From positions 5,504 through 69,503 of the forward strand of contig JAHIPS010000106.1 in assembly GCA_018902915.1 (NCBI GenBank): a stretch of DNA of 64,000 nucleotides, given 5' to 3'. Both the position numbers and the translations under genes were made by a program. The stretch comes from Candidatus Omnitrophota bacterium. Lineage in GTDB: Bacteria > Omnitrophota > Gorgyraeia > Gorgyraeales > Gorgyraeaceae. Every line of letters begins with the position of its first letter. Position 1 is the first letter of the stretch. Below the pieces are notes generated by a model. The model saw only the letters and a program-made list of their open reading frames with translations, had not been told where the DNA came from and did no database searches. This document shows, one piece after another, positions 28,202 to 39,700 of the stretch.

Positions 28202-29596
28202 CTATTTTCCTATACAAAACTCGGAAAATATCCTGTCTAAAGTTTCTTCGGTTATACTATGACCTGTTATCGCGCCCAGATTTTCAATGGACGAACGCAC
28301 GTACACGCCTATGCAATCCATTGGGATTTTCCCATTAAAAGAATCTATCGCCGCATTTATATCTCCGAGAGAATGCCGCAACATAGCCAATTGTCTTTCA
28401 TTGGAAACGCTCACCAAATCCGCAGATGGCGCCTTGCCTTTAAATATTATATCACAAATAACGCGTTCTAATCCTTCAATTCCTGATAAATCAATCGCTG
28501 ATGTGTAGACCACGCTGTTCTTAGGAAACGCCTTTCTGACAACTTTAAGATCTATGCGTTTTTTTAAATCTTTCTTATTTATCACTATTATTATATTTTC
28601 TTTGTTTTTTAAATTACGCATTATAGCCTGGTCATTTTTATTTATCCTTCTAGAATAATCCAGGACAAGAAGGATCAAATCTGCCGCCTCTATGGAAGAA
28701 TGGCTTCTTCTCACGCCTTCTTTATCTACCGGGTGCCTGGTATCTATTATGCCTGCAGTATCTACAAGCACCAAAGGTATGCCTTTAATACTTACAATTT
28801 CCTCTATTGTATCCCTGGTTGTGCCAGGTATATCCGTTACAATAGCCCTGGATTCCTTGATCAATGCGTTCATAAGGCTGGACTTGCCAACATTAGGGCT
28901 TCCGCATATAACCGTCTTTATGCCCTGCCGCAAAACCCTGCCATCGCTGGCGCTGGATATAATTTTTTCTATATCTTTTTTAATCCCTTTGAGCCCCTTT
29001 AGCACATCCTTCTTTTTAGCCTTGTCTACATCTTCCTCATATGAAAAGTCTATTGAGGCCTCAATATTTGAAAATATACTCAGCAATCTATTTCTTACAT
29101 CTTCTATCTTTTTTGAAAAAGTGCCTTTAAGGCTGTTTATAGCAGCTCTCAAACTCAGGTCTGTCTTTGCTCTGATTACATCTAATACTGCCTCAGCCTG
29201 GGCAATATCAATCCTGCCATTCAGAAATGCCCTCTTTGTAAACTCCCCTGGCTCAGCCAGCCGTGCGCCATTCTCTAAAACAATGCCTAAAATTTTTCGC
29301 AGCGGCACTATACCGCTATGGCAATTTATCTCAACCACATCCTCTTTTGTGTAACTTTTTGGAGCTCGCATCACTGTCAATATCACTTCATCAACGATTC
29401 TTTTGTCTTCCCTTATATGCCCATAGTGCACTGTATAAGTTTTGACACCTGACGGCCTTTTGCCGTTTCTCGACATAAAAATCCTGTCCGCGATCTTAAG
29501 CGCATCACTGCCGCTTAATCGCACAATACCTATGCCGCCCTCACCCACAGGCGTCGAAATGGCTACTATCGTATCATCCAATCCAAACCTACTCAT
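28202..29596 (-). CDS. mnmE: tRNA modification GTPase MnmE (TrmE).
   Basis: N-terminal DTIVAISTP, G-domain GSPNVGKSSLMNAL / DTAG, C-terminal ...CIGK. The track start at 29644 lies inside the palindromic repeat (translated CSRLSLEQ); ATG 29596 (MSRFGLDD) is preferred. Confidence 0.9.
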   Translation of the reverse strand: MSRFGLDDTIVAISTPVGEGGIGIVRLSGSDALKIADRIFMSRNGKRPSGVKTYTVHYGHIREDKRIVDEVILTVMRAPKSYTKEDVVEINCHSGIVPLRKILGIVLENGARLAEPGEFTKRAFLNGRIDIAQAEAVLDVIRAKTDLSLRAAINSLKGTFSKKIEDVRNRLLSIFSNIEASIDFSYEEDVDKAKKKDVLKGLKGIKKDIEKIISSASDGRVLRQGIKTVICGSPNVGKSSLMNALIKESRAIVTDIPGTTRDTIEEIVSIKGIPLVLVDTAGIIDTRHPVDKEGVRRSHSSIEAADLILLVLDYSRRINKNDQAIMRNLKNKENIIIVINKKDLKKRIDLKVVRKAFPKNSVVYTSAIDLSGIEGLERVICDIIFKGKAPSADLVSVSNERQLAMLRHSLGDINAAIDSFNGKIPMDCIGVYVRSSIENLGAITGHSITEETLDRIFSEFCIGK

Positions 29597-29606
29597 CCCT
29601 ATCCCT

Positions 29607-29660
29607 TGTTCAAGGCTAAGCCTTGAACATAAGTAGATGTTCAAGGCTTAGCCTTGAACA
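29607..29660. repeat. Paired 23-bp palindromes (copy 1 at 29607-29629, copy 2 at 29638-29660) between folC and mnmE.
   Basis: Same element as at 8781. Copy 1 provides MFKA plus the TAG stop of folC. Confidence 0.9.
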
Positions 29661-30908
29661 AGACATGGCATCGCCAACGACGTATAAAGAGCCGGTAACT
29701 AGTATCAGATCTTCCTTGTCCGCAGCGCTAAAACTTAATTTAAGCGCCTCTTCTACGTCATTAGCTATCTCAGCCTTGGTCCTTGAAAAATTCTCTTTTA
29801 AATAAAAAGGCTCTTTTGCGCGACTATTACTAGATTTGGTTAAAATCACCAAATCACTGGTCTTGTCTAACTCCGTGCTCACGCCTTTTATATCCTTGTC
29901 TCTCGATATGCCGAATACAGATATTAATCTTTTATACCTGAAAATCTCTTTTATCGACGACAAAACCGCCTTTATGCTGGCTACATTCTGCGCCCCATCC
30001 AGGATTACATATGGCTCTTTCCTGACTACCTGTAACCTGCCAGGCCATGAGACATTTTTTAAGCCTTTTCTTATAGCCTCTTCCTTTATATTTATGTGAT
30101 TTAACATACTTACAGCAAGCGCTGCATTCTCAACCTGATGCCTTCCTATTAAATTTATCTCTAAATCTTTATCCATTTCCCTGCCAGCTTCATATAACTT
30201 AGCATTTCTTTCTCGGCATGCTTCTCTTATAACACCCATTATCTTTTCATCCTGTGGAGCAGAAAACACTATGCCTTGAGGTTTAATAATCCCTGCCTTC
30301 TCCCTGGCAATTTCTTCTAAAGAAGCGCCGAGCTTGTCAGTATGTTCCAGGCTAATACTCGTTATGCCGCAAATAAGCGGCTCTGTAACATTTGTCGCGT
30401 CAAGCCGCCCGCCAAGACCTGTTTCCAGCACAGCAAAATCTACTTTTCTTTCTTTAAAATATAAAAATGCGCAGGCTGTAAGTATTTCAAAGAACGACAA
30501 GCTGCCTAATTCGTCGCGATTTCTGAATTTCTCAGCAACAGGCCTTATTTTCTCAATTAACGCGACAAATTCTTTTATATCAATAACCCCTTCGAAACCT
30601 TCACCCTTCACCCTACACCCTTCACCTAAAATTCTAATCCTCTCCCTTACATCCAAAAGATGCGGAGAGGTATATAGCCCCACGCTATACCCTGCTTCCT
30701 TTAATATAGAAGCTATGATAGCGCAGGTTGAACCTTTGCCTTTAGACCCTGCTATATGTATTGTATTAAGTCCAAGGTGAGGATTACCTAATTCCCGCAG
30801 AAACTCATGCATCCTCTCAAGCCTAAAGCTCGATGCATAAGCGTATCTTGGTAGCTTTTCAAAATCTATAAAGGAATCGATGTAGTCGAGCGTCTTGCAA
30901 TAATCCAT
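29616..30908 (-). CDS. folC: Bifunctional folylpolyglutamate synthase / dihydrofolate synthase.
   Basis: Mur-ligase P-loop IHIAGSKGKGST, central domain LETGLGGRLDATNV. The C-terminal tail ...CSRLSLEHLLMFKA* is encoded by the palindromic repeat. Confidence 0.85.
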   Translation of the reverse strand: MDYCKTLDYIDSFIDFEKLPRYAYASSFRLERMHEFLRELGNPHLGLNTIHIAGSKGKGSTCAIIASILKEAGYSVGLYTSPHLLDVRERIRILGEGCRVKGEGFEGVIDIKEFVALIEKIRPVAEKFRNRDELGSLSFFEILTACAFLYFKERKVDFAVLETGLGGRLDATNVTEPLICGITSISLEHTDKLGASLEEIAREKAGIIKPQGIVFSAPQDEKIMGVIREACRERNAKLYEAGREMDKDLEINLIGRHQVENAALAVSMLNHINIKEEAIRKGLKNVSWPGRLQVVRKEPYVILDGAQNVASIKAVLSSIKEIFRYKRLISVFGISRDKDIKGVSTELDKTSDLVILTKSSNSRAKEPFYLKENFSRTKAEIANDVEEALKLSFSAADKEDLILVTGSLYVVGDAMSCSRLSLEHLLMFKA

Positions 30909-30934
30909 GCTACCTTTAAAGTTAAGGCAGTCTT

Positions 30935-32500
30935 TTAGTGCTTGAAGTGACGGGCGCCTGTAAAGACCATGCTTATGCCAGCCTCGTCGCAGGCCTTTAT
31001 GACATGCTCGTCGCGTATAGAGCCGCCAGGCTGGACAATGCTGGTTATGCCTGCCTTTTTCGCTTCCTGTATGGCATCCTCTTTAGGAAAGAACGCGTCA
31101 CTCGCGCATGTGGCGCCTTTGCATCGACCGTTTGATTTTCTTATGGCTATGATCATCGAGTCTACCCTCGACATCTGGCCTGCGCCAACACCGACTGTCT
31201 TGGTACCATTACATAATACTATCGCGTTCGAGCGGACATGCTTTACTATCTTCCAGCCAAAAAGTAAAGATTTCAGCTCGTCCTGTGTTGGCTTTTTCTT
31301 AGTAACCGCCTTTAAATCCTTCTCGTTGATCTCCAGGACATCCCTGTCCTGGATCAAAACCCCGCCTAGCACCTTTTTCAGATCATAATCATTTTCCACG
31401 CCTCTTAATTTACCCACCTCTATAAGCCTGAGGTTCTTCTTTTGTTTTAAAAGCTCCAGCGCATCGCTATCGTATTCCGGCGCAATAATACATTCTGTAA
31501 AATCTGCTGATAAAATTGCCTGAGCCGCAGCCTTATCAACCTTTCTATTTAATCCGACAATACTGCCAAATGCCGACACCCTGTCGCAATCCAATGCATC
31601 AAGATACGCCTTATCCAATGTCTCTCTCTGCGCTGCGCCGCAGGGATTGGTGTGTTTTATGACGCTTGCTGCCGGTTCCTTAAACTGCTTGACTATCTCA
31701 AGCGCTGCGTCAAGATCAATAATATTATTAAACGAAAGCTCCTTGCCGTGCAGCTGCCTGGCATTGCTTATACCGACGACATTCACGTTTTTATCTTTGT
31801 AAAAAGCGGCTTTCTGGTGCGGGTTCTCACCATATCTCAAGCTCTGCACCTTTCCAAAGCTTAAGCTTAAATCATCAGGAAATGCCGCATCTTTACCTTT
31901 CTCTCCATTTAACTGGGCCTTTAAATAATTGTATATCGCTGTATCGTACTTTGACGTCTTCTCAAAGACCTCGACACCCAATTCAAAATGCAATTTATCT
32001 GAAATCGAGCCATTGTTCTTTTTTAATTCTCCCAACACATCCTTGTACCTGTCCGGGCTACAGACGATCGCCACGTCCTTAAAGTTCTTTGCCGCTGAAC
32101 GCAGCATGCTTGGCCCGCCTATATCTATATTCTCAATGGCCTCTTCCTGCTTCACGCCCTCCTTGGCCACTGTCTTCTCAAATGGATAGAGGTTCACGAC
32201 CACCATATCGATCAATTCTATGTTGTGTTTTTTTACCTGCTCCATGTGATCCTTATTTTCACGGAGAGACAAAAGCCCGCCGTGGATCTTCGGGTGTAAT
32301 GTCTTTACCCTGCCGTTAAGCATCTCTGGAAAACCTGTATAGTCAGATACAGACCTTACCTTTATACCCAAACCGCTTATGAGCTTTGCGGTCCCGCCAG
32401 TGGACAATATCTCCACACCTAACTCATTCAGGCCTTTCGCGAATTCCTCCAGCCCGCTCTTGTCTGACACGCTGATAAGCGCCTTCTTTACCTTCCGCAT
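30935..32500 (-). CDS. purH: Bifunctional AICAR transformylase / IMP cyclohydrolase.
   Basis: N-terminal MGS-like ALISVSDKSGLEEFAKGL...ILSTGGTAK and C-terminal ...FTGARHFKH are classic PurH. Confidence 0.9.
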   Translation of the reverse strand: MRKVKKALISVSDKSGLEEFAKGLNELGVEILSTGGTAKLISGLGIKVRSVSDYTGFPEMLNGRVKTLHPKIHGGLLSLRENKDHMEQVKKHNIELIDMVVVNLYPFEKTVAKEGVKQEEAIENIDIGGPSMLRSAAKNFKDVAIVCSPDRYKDVLGELKKNNGSISDKLHFELGVEVFEKTSKYDTAIYNYLKAQLNGEKGKDAAFPDDLSLSFGKVQSLRYGENPHQKAAFYKDKNVNVVGISNARQLHGKELSFNNIIDLDAALEIVKQFKEPAASVIKHTNPCGAAQRETLDKAYLDALDCDRVSAFGSIVGLNRKVDKAAAQAILSADFTECIIAPEYDSDALELLKQKKNLRLIEVGKLRGVENDYDLKKVLGGVLIQDRDVLEINEKDLKAVTKKKPTQDELKSLLFGWKIVKHVRSNAIVLCNGTKTVGVGAGQMSRVDSMIIAIRKSNGRCKGATCASDAFFPKEDAIQEAKKAGITSIVQPGGSIRDEHVIKACDEAGISMVFTGARHFKH

Positions 32501-32511
32501 CTTTCCCTCCT

Positions 32512-33498
32512 CTATATGTTGAAACGGATGTTGATGATGTCCCCGTCTCTTACGATATACTCCTTGCCCTCAACCTTTAATACACCTCTCTCGCGCGCCT
32601 TATGCATGGAGCCGCACTTTATGAAATCCCCGTAATTCACGACCTCTGCCCTTATAAAGCCCCGCTTCATGTCAGAATGTATTTTACCTGCTGCCTCGAT
32701 TGCTGGCAAGCCGGATTTTAGATACCAGCCTTTTGTCTCTTTATCGCCTGTTGTAAAAAATGTGATGAGGTCCAGCTTTTTTGATATCAATTTCGACAGC
32801 TCTTCCCTCAAATCATGCCCGATCCCCATCTCCTTCAAAAATTTATTTCTCTCTTGAGGTTCTAATTCCAGCACCTCTGATTCTATTTTTCCACAAAAGT
32901 AAATATGTTGTATACCTAAAGACTTGGCATATTCTTCGAGAGGCCCTGTCTTATTCGAATTATCTGAAATATTTATCGCCAATATCAAGGGTTTCAAGCT
33001 TAAAAATACCATGCCGGAAAGAAACCTTATCTCGTCCTCGTCAAGTCCGGCTTTATACAAAACCTTCCCTTCTGAAAGCGTATTCTGATACCTTTCTAAT
33101 ATCTTCGACTCTCTTTCCTTGTCAGGCCTTGATTCCTTTTTTAGCCTTTCGATCCTGTTCTGTACGACCTCAAGATCTGTAACAATAATATCAGTTATAA
33201 GTTTCTCAAAATCCTTTTTGGGATCCTGACTAAAAACCGCGCCTATCACGCATATAAATAGATCTATATCCTGTAATTTCGAAAGGTCTTTTTTTGCAAA
33301 AGAAGATAGAGCGCCCAGATCTATAAAAGTAGTCTCCGGATAAGTCCTTTTCTTTGAAGAAAAAATCTCAAAAATCCCGTCAACGCGAGGATCCGCGGAT
33401 TTAAACACGCCTATGTCGCCTGATACGCCTGCCTGCAACAATACCTTTAATAGAGTGCTCTTTCCGCTCTGTGAAGGGCCAATTATACCGATCTTCAT
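32512..33498 (-). CDS. YchF/OLA1-like GTPase-family protein with a C-terminal TGS domain (divergent).
   Basis: P-loop GIIGPSQSGKSTLLKVL. The C-terminus AAGKIHSDMKRGFIRAEVVNYGDFI...EGKEYIVRDGDIINIRFNI closely parallels the E. coli YchF TGS tail. It is shorter than canonical YchF. Confidence 0.55.
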   Translation of the reverse strand: MKIGIIGPSQSGKSTLLKVLLQAGVSGDIGVFKSADPRVDGIFEIFSSKKRTYPETTFIDLGALSSFAKKDLSKLQDIDLFICVIGAVFSQDPKKDFEKLITDIIVTDLEVVQNRIERLKKESRPDKERESKILERYQNTLSEGKVLYKAGLDEDEIRFLSGMVFLSLKPLILAINISDNSNKTGPLEEYAKSLGIQHIYFCGKIESEVLELEPQERNKFLKEMGIGHDLREELSKLISKKLDLITFFTTGDKETKGWYLKSGLPAIEAAGKIHSDMKRGFIRAEVVNYGDFIKCGSMHKARERGVLKVEGKEYIVRDGDIINIRFNI

Positions 33499-34064
33499 GA
33501 TGTCTTAAGGTGGGATACTACTTCGAACTCCTCGCTTTCCTTGCCTTTTTTATCCTCTAATTTTATCCTTATCTTCACTGCCTTTGGCAGCACTGAATCT
33601 GAATCCCAGGTGTCGCTCCAGTCCACGCCATCGTAATACGAAAATCCTAGCTCGGAGATGTTGTCGGCCAGGATATCGCTCTGGTCCTGTGTTGAAAAAT
33701 CATAGTCAGGCTCAATATCCTCGTTGCGTAAGAGAAACTTCCGCTCTTTATCCAACCAGTATTCTATCTCTGCCGCCTCGAATACGCCTGACGAGCTTGA
33801 AACAAAAGAGACAAACTTGACTTCGTCTTTTTCTCCGATAAATCTGCAAAGCCCGTCCTCCCTTATCACTGCCTGAGAAAGCTCCATGCTTATCTTTCCT
33901 ATTGCAGCTCTAGCATTGTGGTAGCGCTCGCTTCTCGCCTCGCCTTTCTGCCAGGATTTAGAGGAACTACTGAATATCGTAAAGGTAGAGGCCACGATCA
34001 TGGCCAGTATAGCCAGGGATATAAGCATCTCTACCAGAGTAAACCCTGTTCTATCGCGTAACAT
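33495..34064 (-). CDS. Type II secretion / type IV pilus-like minor pseudopilin (GspJ-like).
   Basis: Prepilin-type N-terminus GFTLVEMLISLAILAMIV (methylation motif); about 190 aa. Confidence 0.65.
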   Translation of the reverse strand: MLRDRTGFTLVEMLISLAILAMIVASTFTIFSSSSKSWQKGEARSERYHNARAAIGKISMELSQAVIREDGLCRFIGEKDEVKFVSFVSSSSGVFEAAEIEYWLDKERKFLLRNEDIEPDYDFSTQDQSDILADNISELGFSYYDGVDWSDTWDSDSVLPKAVKIRIKLEDKKGKESEEFEVVSHLKTS

Positions 34065-34431
34065 ATGTCACGAAATCCTTTGAACGCGTCCTGTTCCGCT
34101 CAGGCCAGTTCACAGTCACTGTAATCTGCCTTATATCGTCGTCGGACTCCAGGCCTTCTAAATCAACCTCGTCTATTGCTATCTCCCATTCAAAATCTCC
34201 TTCGCTTCCTGAAAGGGGTATCTTAGGAGGGAGTTCTGTTATGGCGTCAAAACCTGATATCTTTATTTCTTCAATCTTATTCTGCGCCAAAAATGCCGCC
34301 TTAGTCACCATGCCTGCGCGATACGAAGCCCTCAGCCCAACAGGAAATATCTGCAGTATGCCTACCAGCCCGATCGCAAGCACTGCCACAGCAATGATCA
34401 GCTCTAAAAGCGAAAATCCTTTTTTATTCAT
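34051..34431 (-). CDS. Minor pseudopilin (GspI-like).
   Basis: KGFSLLELIIAVAVLAIGLVGIL prepilin N-terminus; 126 aa. Confidence 0.65.
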   Translation of the reverse strand: MNKKGFSLLELIIAVAVLAIGLVGILQIFPVGLRASYRAGMVTKAAFLAQNKIEEIKISGFDAITELPPKIPLSGSEGDFEWEIAIDEVDLEGLESDDDIRQITVTVNWPERNRTRSKDFVTYVTR

Positions 34432-34435
34432 TCTT

Positions 34436-35512
34436 TTACTCTATAAGTCTGGCAAGTGAAAATAGCGGCATGAACATCGAGACGACAATAAAACCCACGA
34501 CCAAACCCATCGCCACTATAAGTATAGGCTCCAGCAAAGACGTGAGCCCGCTTATTGCCACATCCACTTCTTCCTCAAAATTATCAGCGATCTGTATGAG
34601 CATCTTGTCAAGCTGGCCTGTCTCCTCGCCGATATTTATCATTTTTACGACAAGCATCGGAAAGGCCCTGCTCGCCTCCATTGGCTTGGACACGCTCTCG
34701 CCTTCTTTTATGCTATCGCGAATATGCAGGACCGCGCGGCCGACAAACTCGTTGCCCACTGTATCCTTGACCGTATCCAGCGCGCTCAATATCGGCACGC
34801 CGCTCGAAAGCAGTGTACCCAGCGTCCTGGAAAACCTGGCTACGCTGATCTGCTGCACGAGCAACCCCACCACAGGTATATGCAGCTTCACCCTATCGAT
34901 CACGTAACGCCTGTTAGCGCTTTTTATAAGAAACTTATAGAATGCCGCGAGCGCGATCGGCAAGAGCGGAATAAGATACCATGCATTTCTTACTATATCG
35001 CTTGTCGCAATAAGAAGCTTTGTGGGAAGCGGAAGCGCCTCGCCTAATTCTGAAAACATATTCGTAAATGTTGGGATCACGAATATCATGAGCATGATGA
35101 GTATCAAGACCGCCACCATCATGACAAACGCAGGATACATCAGGGCAGACTTTACCCTCTCTCTCAATTTTTGACTCTTGTCCAAAAATTCAGAGAGCCT
35201 CCTGAGTATGCCGTCAAGCATACCGCCGAGTTCGCCTGCCTTTATCATATTGATATAAAATTCGGGGAAGACCTTTGGAAAACGCGAAAGCGCTTCTGAA
35301 AATTTCGTGCCGCTCTCTACTTCATTGGCCAGATTTTGTATGACGTCTTTTAGCGCGCCTGACTCTAATTGATCACAGAGAGTCCTGAGCGCCTTTACAA
35401 GAGGCAGGCCTGCCGCAATAAGCGTGGAAAGCTGTCTCGTGAATACGACGAGGGACTTCGTGGTGACCCTTTTTTTGAAAATAAGACTTGCTAGGTGTTT
35501 GAAAAAATCCAT
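34436..35512 (-). CDS. gspF: Type II secretion system F-family inner-membrane platform protein (GspF/PilC).
   Basis: Two repeated T2SSF domains, each with three TM helices. Motif FSRTLGTLLSSGVPILSAL. Confidence 0.8.
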   Translation of the reverse strand: MDFFKHLASLIFKKRVTTKSLVVFTRQLSTLIAAGLPLVKALRTLCDQLESGALKDVIQNLANEVESGTKFSEALSRFPKVFPEFYINMIKAGELGGMLDGILRRLSEFLDKSQKLRERVKSALMYPAFVMMVAVLILIMLMIFVIPTFTNMFSELGEALPLPTKLLIATSDIVRNAWYLIPLLPIALAAFYKFLIKSANRRYVIDRVKLHIPVVGLLVQQISVARFSRTLGTLLSSGVPILSALDTVKDTVGNEFVGRAVLHIRDSIKEGESVSKPMEASRAFPMLVVKMINIGEETGQLDKMLIQIADNFEEEVDVAISGLTSLLEPILIVAMGLVVGFIVVSMFMPLFSLARLIE

Positions 35513-35515
35513 CGG

Positions 35516-36718
35516 TCATCGCTTTATAGCTACGTCATTTGTCTCTATATAAAAACCTTCTTCAGCGTCGATTATATCAGCGGCAGCAATCCTTTCCCTG
35601 GCCTGTATTACCTCTATAGAGCCTACTAATGTCTCTCCTCTATAGACCTTAAAACTATCCATTATGCCAACGCCGTCCTGTTTGCCCACATCTATGACAA
35701 CAAAATTATGGTCCCTGTTTACAGTAACAACTCTTCCCCTCAACCCGCCTTCCAATGTCGATTCCTTTGCGATGCGCTCAAGGGACGGAGTGGTAAGCCT
35801 GGCGCTCGCCCCATAGTCATCGCTTTGCAAAACAATCGGCGGTAGCTCCACCTCTCCTGGCGCGTGATAGGCCTCGGCCCTGTACTCTCCGTCTCTCTTT
35901 CTATCCTCAAAGGCGGTCTTCCATTTGCCTATTTCGCTATCTTTGTATCTTAACTCATTTTCCAAACCTGCGATCTTAAGCCGCAGGTCCTCGCGCTCGG
36001 CAAACAACCTGTTAAATTCAGCTGAGACATCTCCCAATTCTTCTATCCTCGCCTTTAAAACACGGTTTTCTATCTTGGCGCCATCGACATCCTTTTTATT
36101 TATCGCGATCTTATCCTTTTCTCTCAACAGGTCCCTTGTCAAGACCTCTGCGACATCTGTAGAATCCTTGAGCTTCTGCGCCAGGAAATCATTCTCGTCC
36201 TTGAGCCTTGAGAGGTTGATATCTAAATCCATATTTTCTGTTTTTAATCTATTTATTTCCAGATCCTTTGGCGTATCTGAATCCTTTAATCTAGCCAGCT
36301 CTACCTCGAGCGAGGCCTTTTCTTTTAAAAGCCTCGTGACAAACATGTCTGATTCTACATCCTTCAGCTGTTTCTCCAGGAAGAATTTGCCTTTTTTGAC
36401 CCTGGCAAGTTCCCTATCCAGATCATCCCTCTCGCCTAAAAGCGCCTCGTATCTGGACCTCAAGTCTTTGCTCCTGGTCTCCAATGTAGACAATTCCCTC
36501 CCGACCACTTCCAGTTTTGATTTTAATTCTGTATTTTCCTTGTTTACGGAGGCAATTTCCCTGTTTAGACCGTCGACGGTAGTCTTGAATAAATTCTCCA
36601 AGCTCAGATAGTCAGTGTAAAGCCGCTCTTTTGCTACAAAAAACCATCCTGTACTGAAACTACTTAACACCACCAACCCTACTAGTATCCACAATATAGA
36701 CCTGAGGGTCTTATCCAT
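35516..36718 (-). CDS. Membrane-anchored long coiled-coil protein with a C-terminal beta domain (unknown function).
   Basis: N-terminal TM helix; about 250 aa of heptad-like E/K/L/R-rich sequence. C-terminal GRVVTVNRDHNFVVIDVGKQDGVGIMDSFKVYRGETLVGSIEV resembles an SAF/PilZ-like beta module. Confidence 0.5.
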   Translation of the reverse strand: MDKTLRSILWILVGLVVLSSFSTGWFFVAKERLYTDYLSLENLFKTTVDGLNREIASVNKENTELKSKLEVVGRELSTLETRSKDLRSRYEALLGERDDLDRELARVKKGKFFLEKQLKDVESDMFVTRLLKEKASLEVELARLKDSDTPKDLEINRLKTENMDLDINLSRLKDENDFLAQKLKDSTDVAEVLTRDLLREKDKIAINKKDVDGAKIENRVLKARIEELGDVSAEFNRLFAEREDLRLKIAGLENELRYKDSEIGKWKTAFEDRKRDGEYRAEAYHAPGEVELPPIVLQSDDYGASARLTTPSLERIAKESTLEGGLRGRVVTVNRDHNFVVIDVGKQDGVGIMDSFKVYRGETLVGSIEVIQARERIAAADIIDAEEGFYIETNDVAIKR

Positions 36719-36737
36719 TACGTTATAGCTCCCTTTC

Positions 36738-39700
36738 TTAATTTATTATACCATAGATCCTGTTGCGCACAACTATAAATAATTCCTTTGGCTTTAAAAT
36801 CAGCGCTTTCAGATCCTCGAAAATAAGATAAAGGCTCGGCACTAAGAACAAAGTCAGTATTGTCGAGGACGCCATACCGCCTATAACAGTGATCGCGAGC
36901 GGCGACCAGAGATTCGATGATTCGCTCCTGTCAAACGCCATTGGCATAAGCCCGAGAATAGTCGTGGATGTCGTCATAGCGATCGGCCTGAGCCTGTCCT
37001 CGCCCGCCTCTATCAATGATTTCAATAAATTCGTTGATTTTTGCCGCCGCAAAAAGTTTATCCTGTCAACCAAAACGATCGCGTTATTTACAACAATGCC
37101 CGCGAGCATGATAGCGCCTATTATCACGCCGCGGCTTATAGGCTTGTGTGTGATCTTTAATGCAATGATTATCCCTATGACTGCCAGGGGAACCGATATC
37201 ATTATAATAAACGGCTGGGTGTATGATTCAAAAAGAGACGCGAGCACGAGGTAAACTAAAAATATGGTTATCCACAATACACCTGTTGGAAATGCCCATA
37301 GTTCCCTTTCGTTCTCTAAATTCCTTTCGTAATTACCTCCGATCCTGTAGTAATAGTCTCTTGGAAATTCCATATCTGAAAGATTGGCTCTGATTCTCTT
37401 TACTGCCGCTATAAGGGAGTATTTCGTAACCATAGCTGTTATGTGCACGACCCTCATCTTGTTCTTTCTTACTATCTCGCTAGAGCCGATCTGCGGCGTA
37501 AAATTCGCAACCTGTTCCAATAATATAGGATAGCCGTCTTCTGAAAAAAGCACGAGTTTTCTTAAATCATCCAGGCGCTCCCTGTCTTCTTTTCTCAAAC
37601 GCGACACAGTCTCTATCTCTCTTGCCTCTGTATGATATAATGTCGCGCGCAAACCCCTGATCTCGGAATGCAGGGTTTCCGATATATCCTTTGTGGTCAA
37701 GCCATACATGCCGGCTCTTTCCTTATCGACGGTAATACCCCATTCAGGCCTGCCGCTGATCCTGGACATCCTTATGTCTTCAAAGCCTTCTATTGTCCCG
37801 AGCCTTGTCGCGATTGAAACAGCCAGTTCCTTTAATATAGCGTAATCATATCCATAAAGATCCAGCACGATCTCCTTTAAACCCTTTTCCTCTATCTCTG
37901 AAAAGTATATAAACCCTCCTTTATACTTTTGCTCGACAGTCTTGGCCTGTGCGCGTATATCATCTATGATAACCTTGGTGGAGCGCTCTCTCTGAGCAAG
38001 CGCCACGAGCTTGACATACGCCTTGCTGGACCACGGCTCAACGCGCGAGGTAAATGTCTTTATCTCTGGTATCTTGGAAAGCAAAAGTTCTATCTCTTTT
38101 ACCATCTGGTCTGTTACATCCAGCTTTGCGCCCGGCTCCAGTTCTATAAATATAGTAAACCTTCCTTCCTCTGTGCCTGCCATGAATTCTCTATCGATCT
38201 TTGACCCCATTAATAGCGCAAGCACCAGTATCCCAAACGCCGCCACCACGAATAGATACCTTAACTTTAATCCAGTCCCAAGAAATCTCCTGTAATATGC
38301 CTGTATATTTAAAAATATATTCTTTTGGAATAATTTCTTTTTTGGTCTTGGCGCAGCCGGTATCTTTTTCATGCGGTCTGTGAGCATGGGGACAAGCGTC
38401 AACGCGACAAAAAGCGAAGAGAGAAGCGAATACGTTACAGTCAGCGAAAGTCCGCTCCACAACATACGCGTGGCCTTGTTTACAAAAACAAAAGGTAAAA
38501 ACACTATTATCGTGGTTATGGTGGACGCGACTATCGCAAGTCCCATTTCTGAAGCGCCGCTCACAGCCGCCTGCGTGTATTTTTCTCTCCATCCTGCTGT
38601 CCAAGGCGAAGCCTCGGACAAACCTGTCCGAGGCTTCGCCTTGAACAGGATGGCTTTTTTCTTTTTATCAATATTATCGAGCACGACGATAGAATTATCT
38701 ACGAGCATACCTATGCCCAGCGCAAGCCCGCTCAGCGTCATTACATTTATCGATATCTTATTAAAAAACATCAATATGAACGTGGCCATGACTGATATCG
38801 GGATCGTGGCAGCGATTATAGATGTGGGCCCGGCATCGCGCAAAAACAAAATCAGTATCATGACAGCCAGGATCGCACCATAGATAAGAGAAGTCTTCAC
38901 AGCGTTTATTGCCTCCTGTATTGTCTCTGCCTGGTTCAACGTGGCCTTTATAAATATCCTTTTATCCAGCTTTCTCTTCAAGCGCCTGAGTTCCTTTTGC
39001 ACGTTGGAGACAACCTTTATGGTATTGGCCGTGGATTCCTTTTGTATGTAGAGGGAAACAACTGGCTCGATATCTGTCCTCGCGTAACTAACTGGCTCTA
39101 AAAATGAATCCCTTATCCTCGCGACTTCTTTAAGCTTTATAACAGAACCCTGCGGCGTGGTAGAGACTCCGATATCTTCTATATCCTGAAGCGATTCAAA
39201 CTCGCCCATTATCCTTACAAGATATTTATTCTTCCGTCGCTCAATATCGCCTGCAAGTAGATTTAAATTATTCGCGCCCAGGGAATTTACAACATGCTCC
39301 ATTGGTATGTGATACTTGTAAAGTTTATTCTGGTCCACCTCGACCAGTATCTTGCGCTCCCTGCCGCCGTACACGTCCACATTCGCTACGCCGTTCACGC
39401 GAAGTATGTACTCCTTCATCTCCTCGTCAACTACCTTGCGCAGCATCTCAGGGGTATAGCCCTCTCCTGTTACTGCTAATAGAAGCACTGGCGTGTCAGA
39501 TTCTTTATACTGCGCTATTATTGGCTTTTCTATCTCGCGCGGGAGCTTGTCCCGGATTTTTGAAAACTTTTCTCTTACCTCGAGCGCGGCAAAATTCATA
39601 TTCGTGCCTGGCTCAAACTCGAGCCATATCCTGGACTCGCCTGCCTTTGACGTGGAATAAAGATTCTCTAAATAATTGACACTAGATACTACCTCTTCGA

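Noticed and set aside
29597-29644. N-terminal 16 residues of the mnmE track ORF (MNIYLCSRLSLEQGIG).
   Set aside because: They are encoded by the palindromic repeat. MnmE homologues begin at the DTIVAISTP region, and ATG 29596 fits.
32512-33498. Calling this gene obg or era.
   Set aside because: The C-terminal TGS-like tail matches YchF/OLA1 rather than Obg (which has an N-terminal Gly-rich domain) or Era (which has a KH domain). I kept it as a divergent YchF-like protein with moderate confidence.
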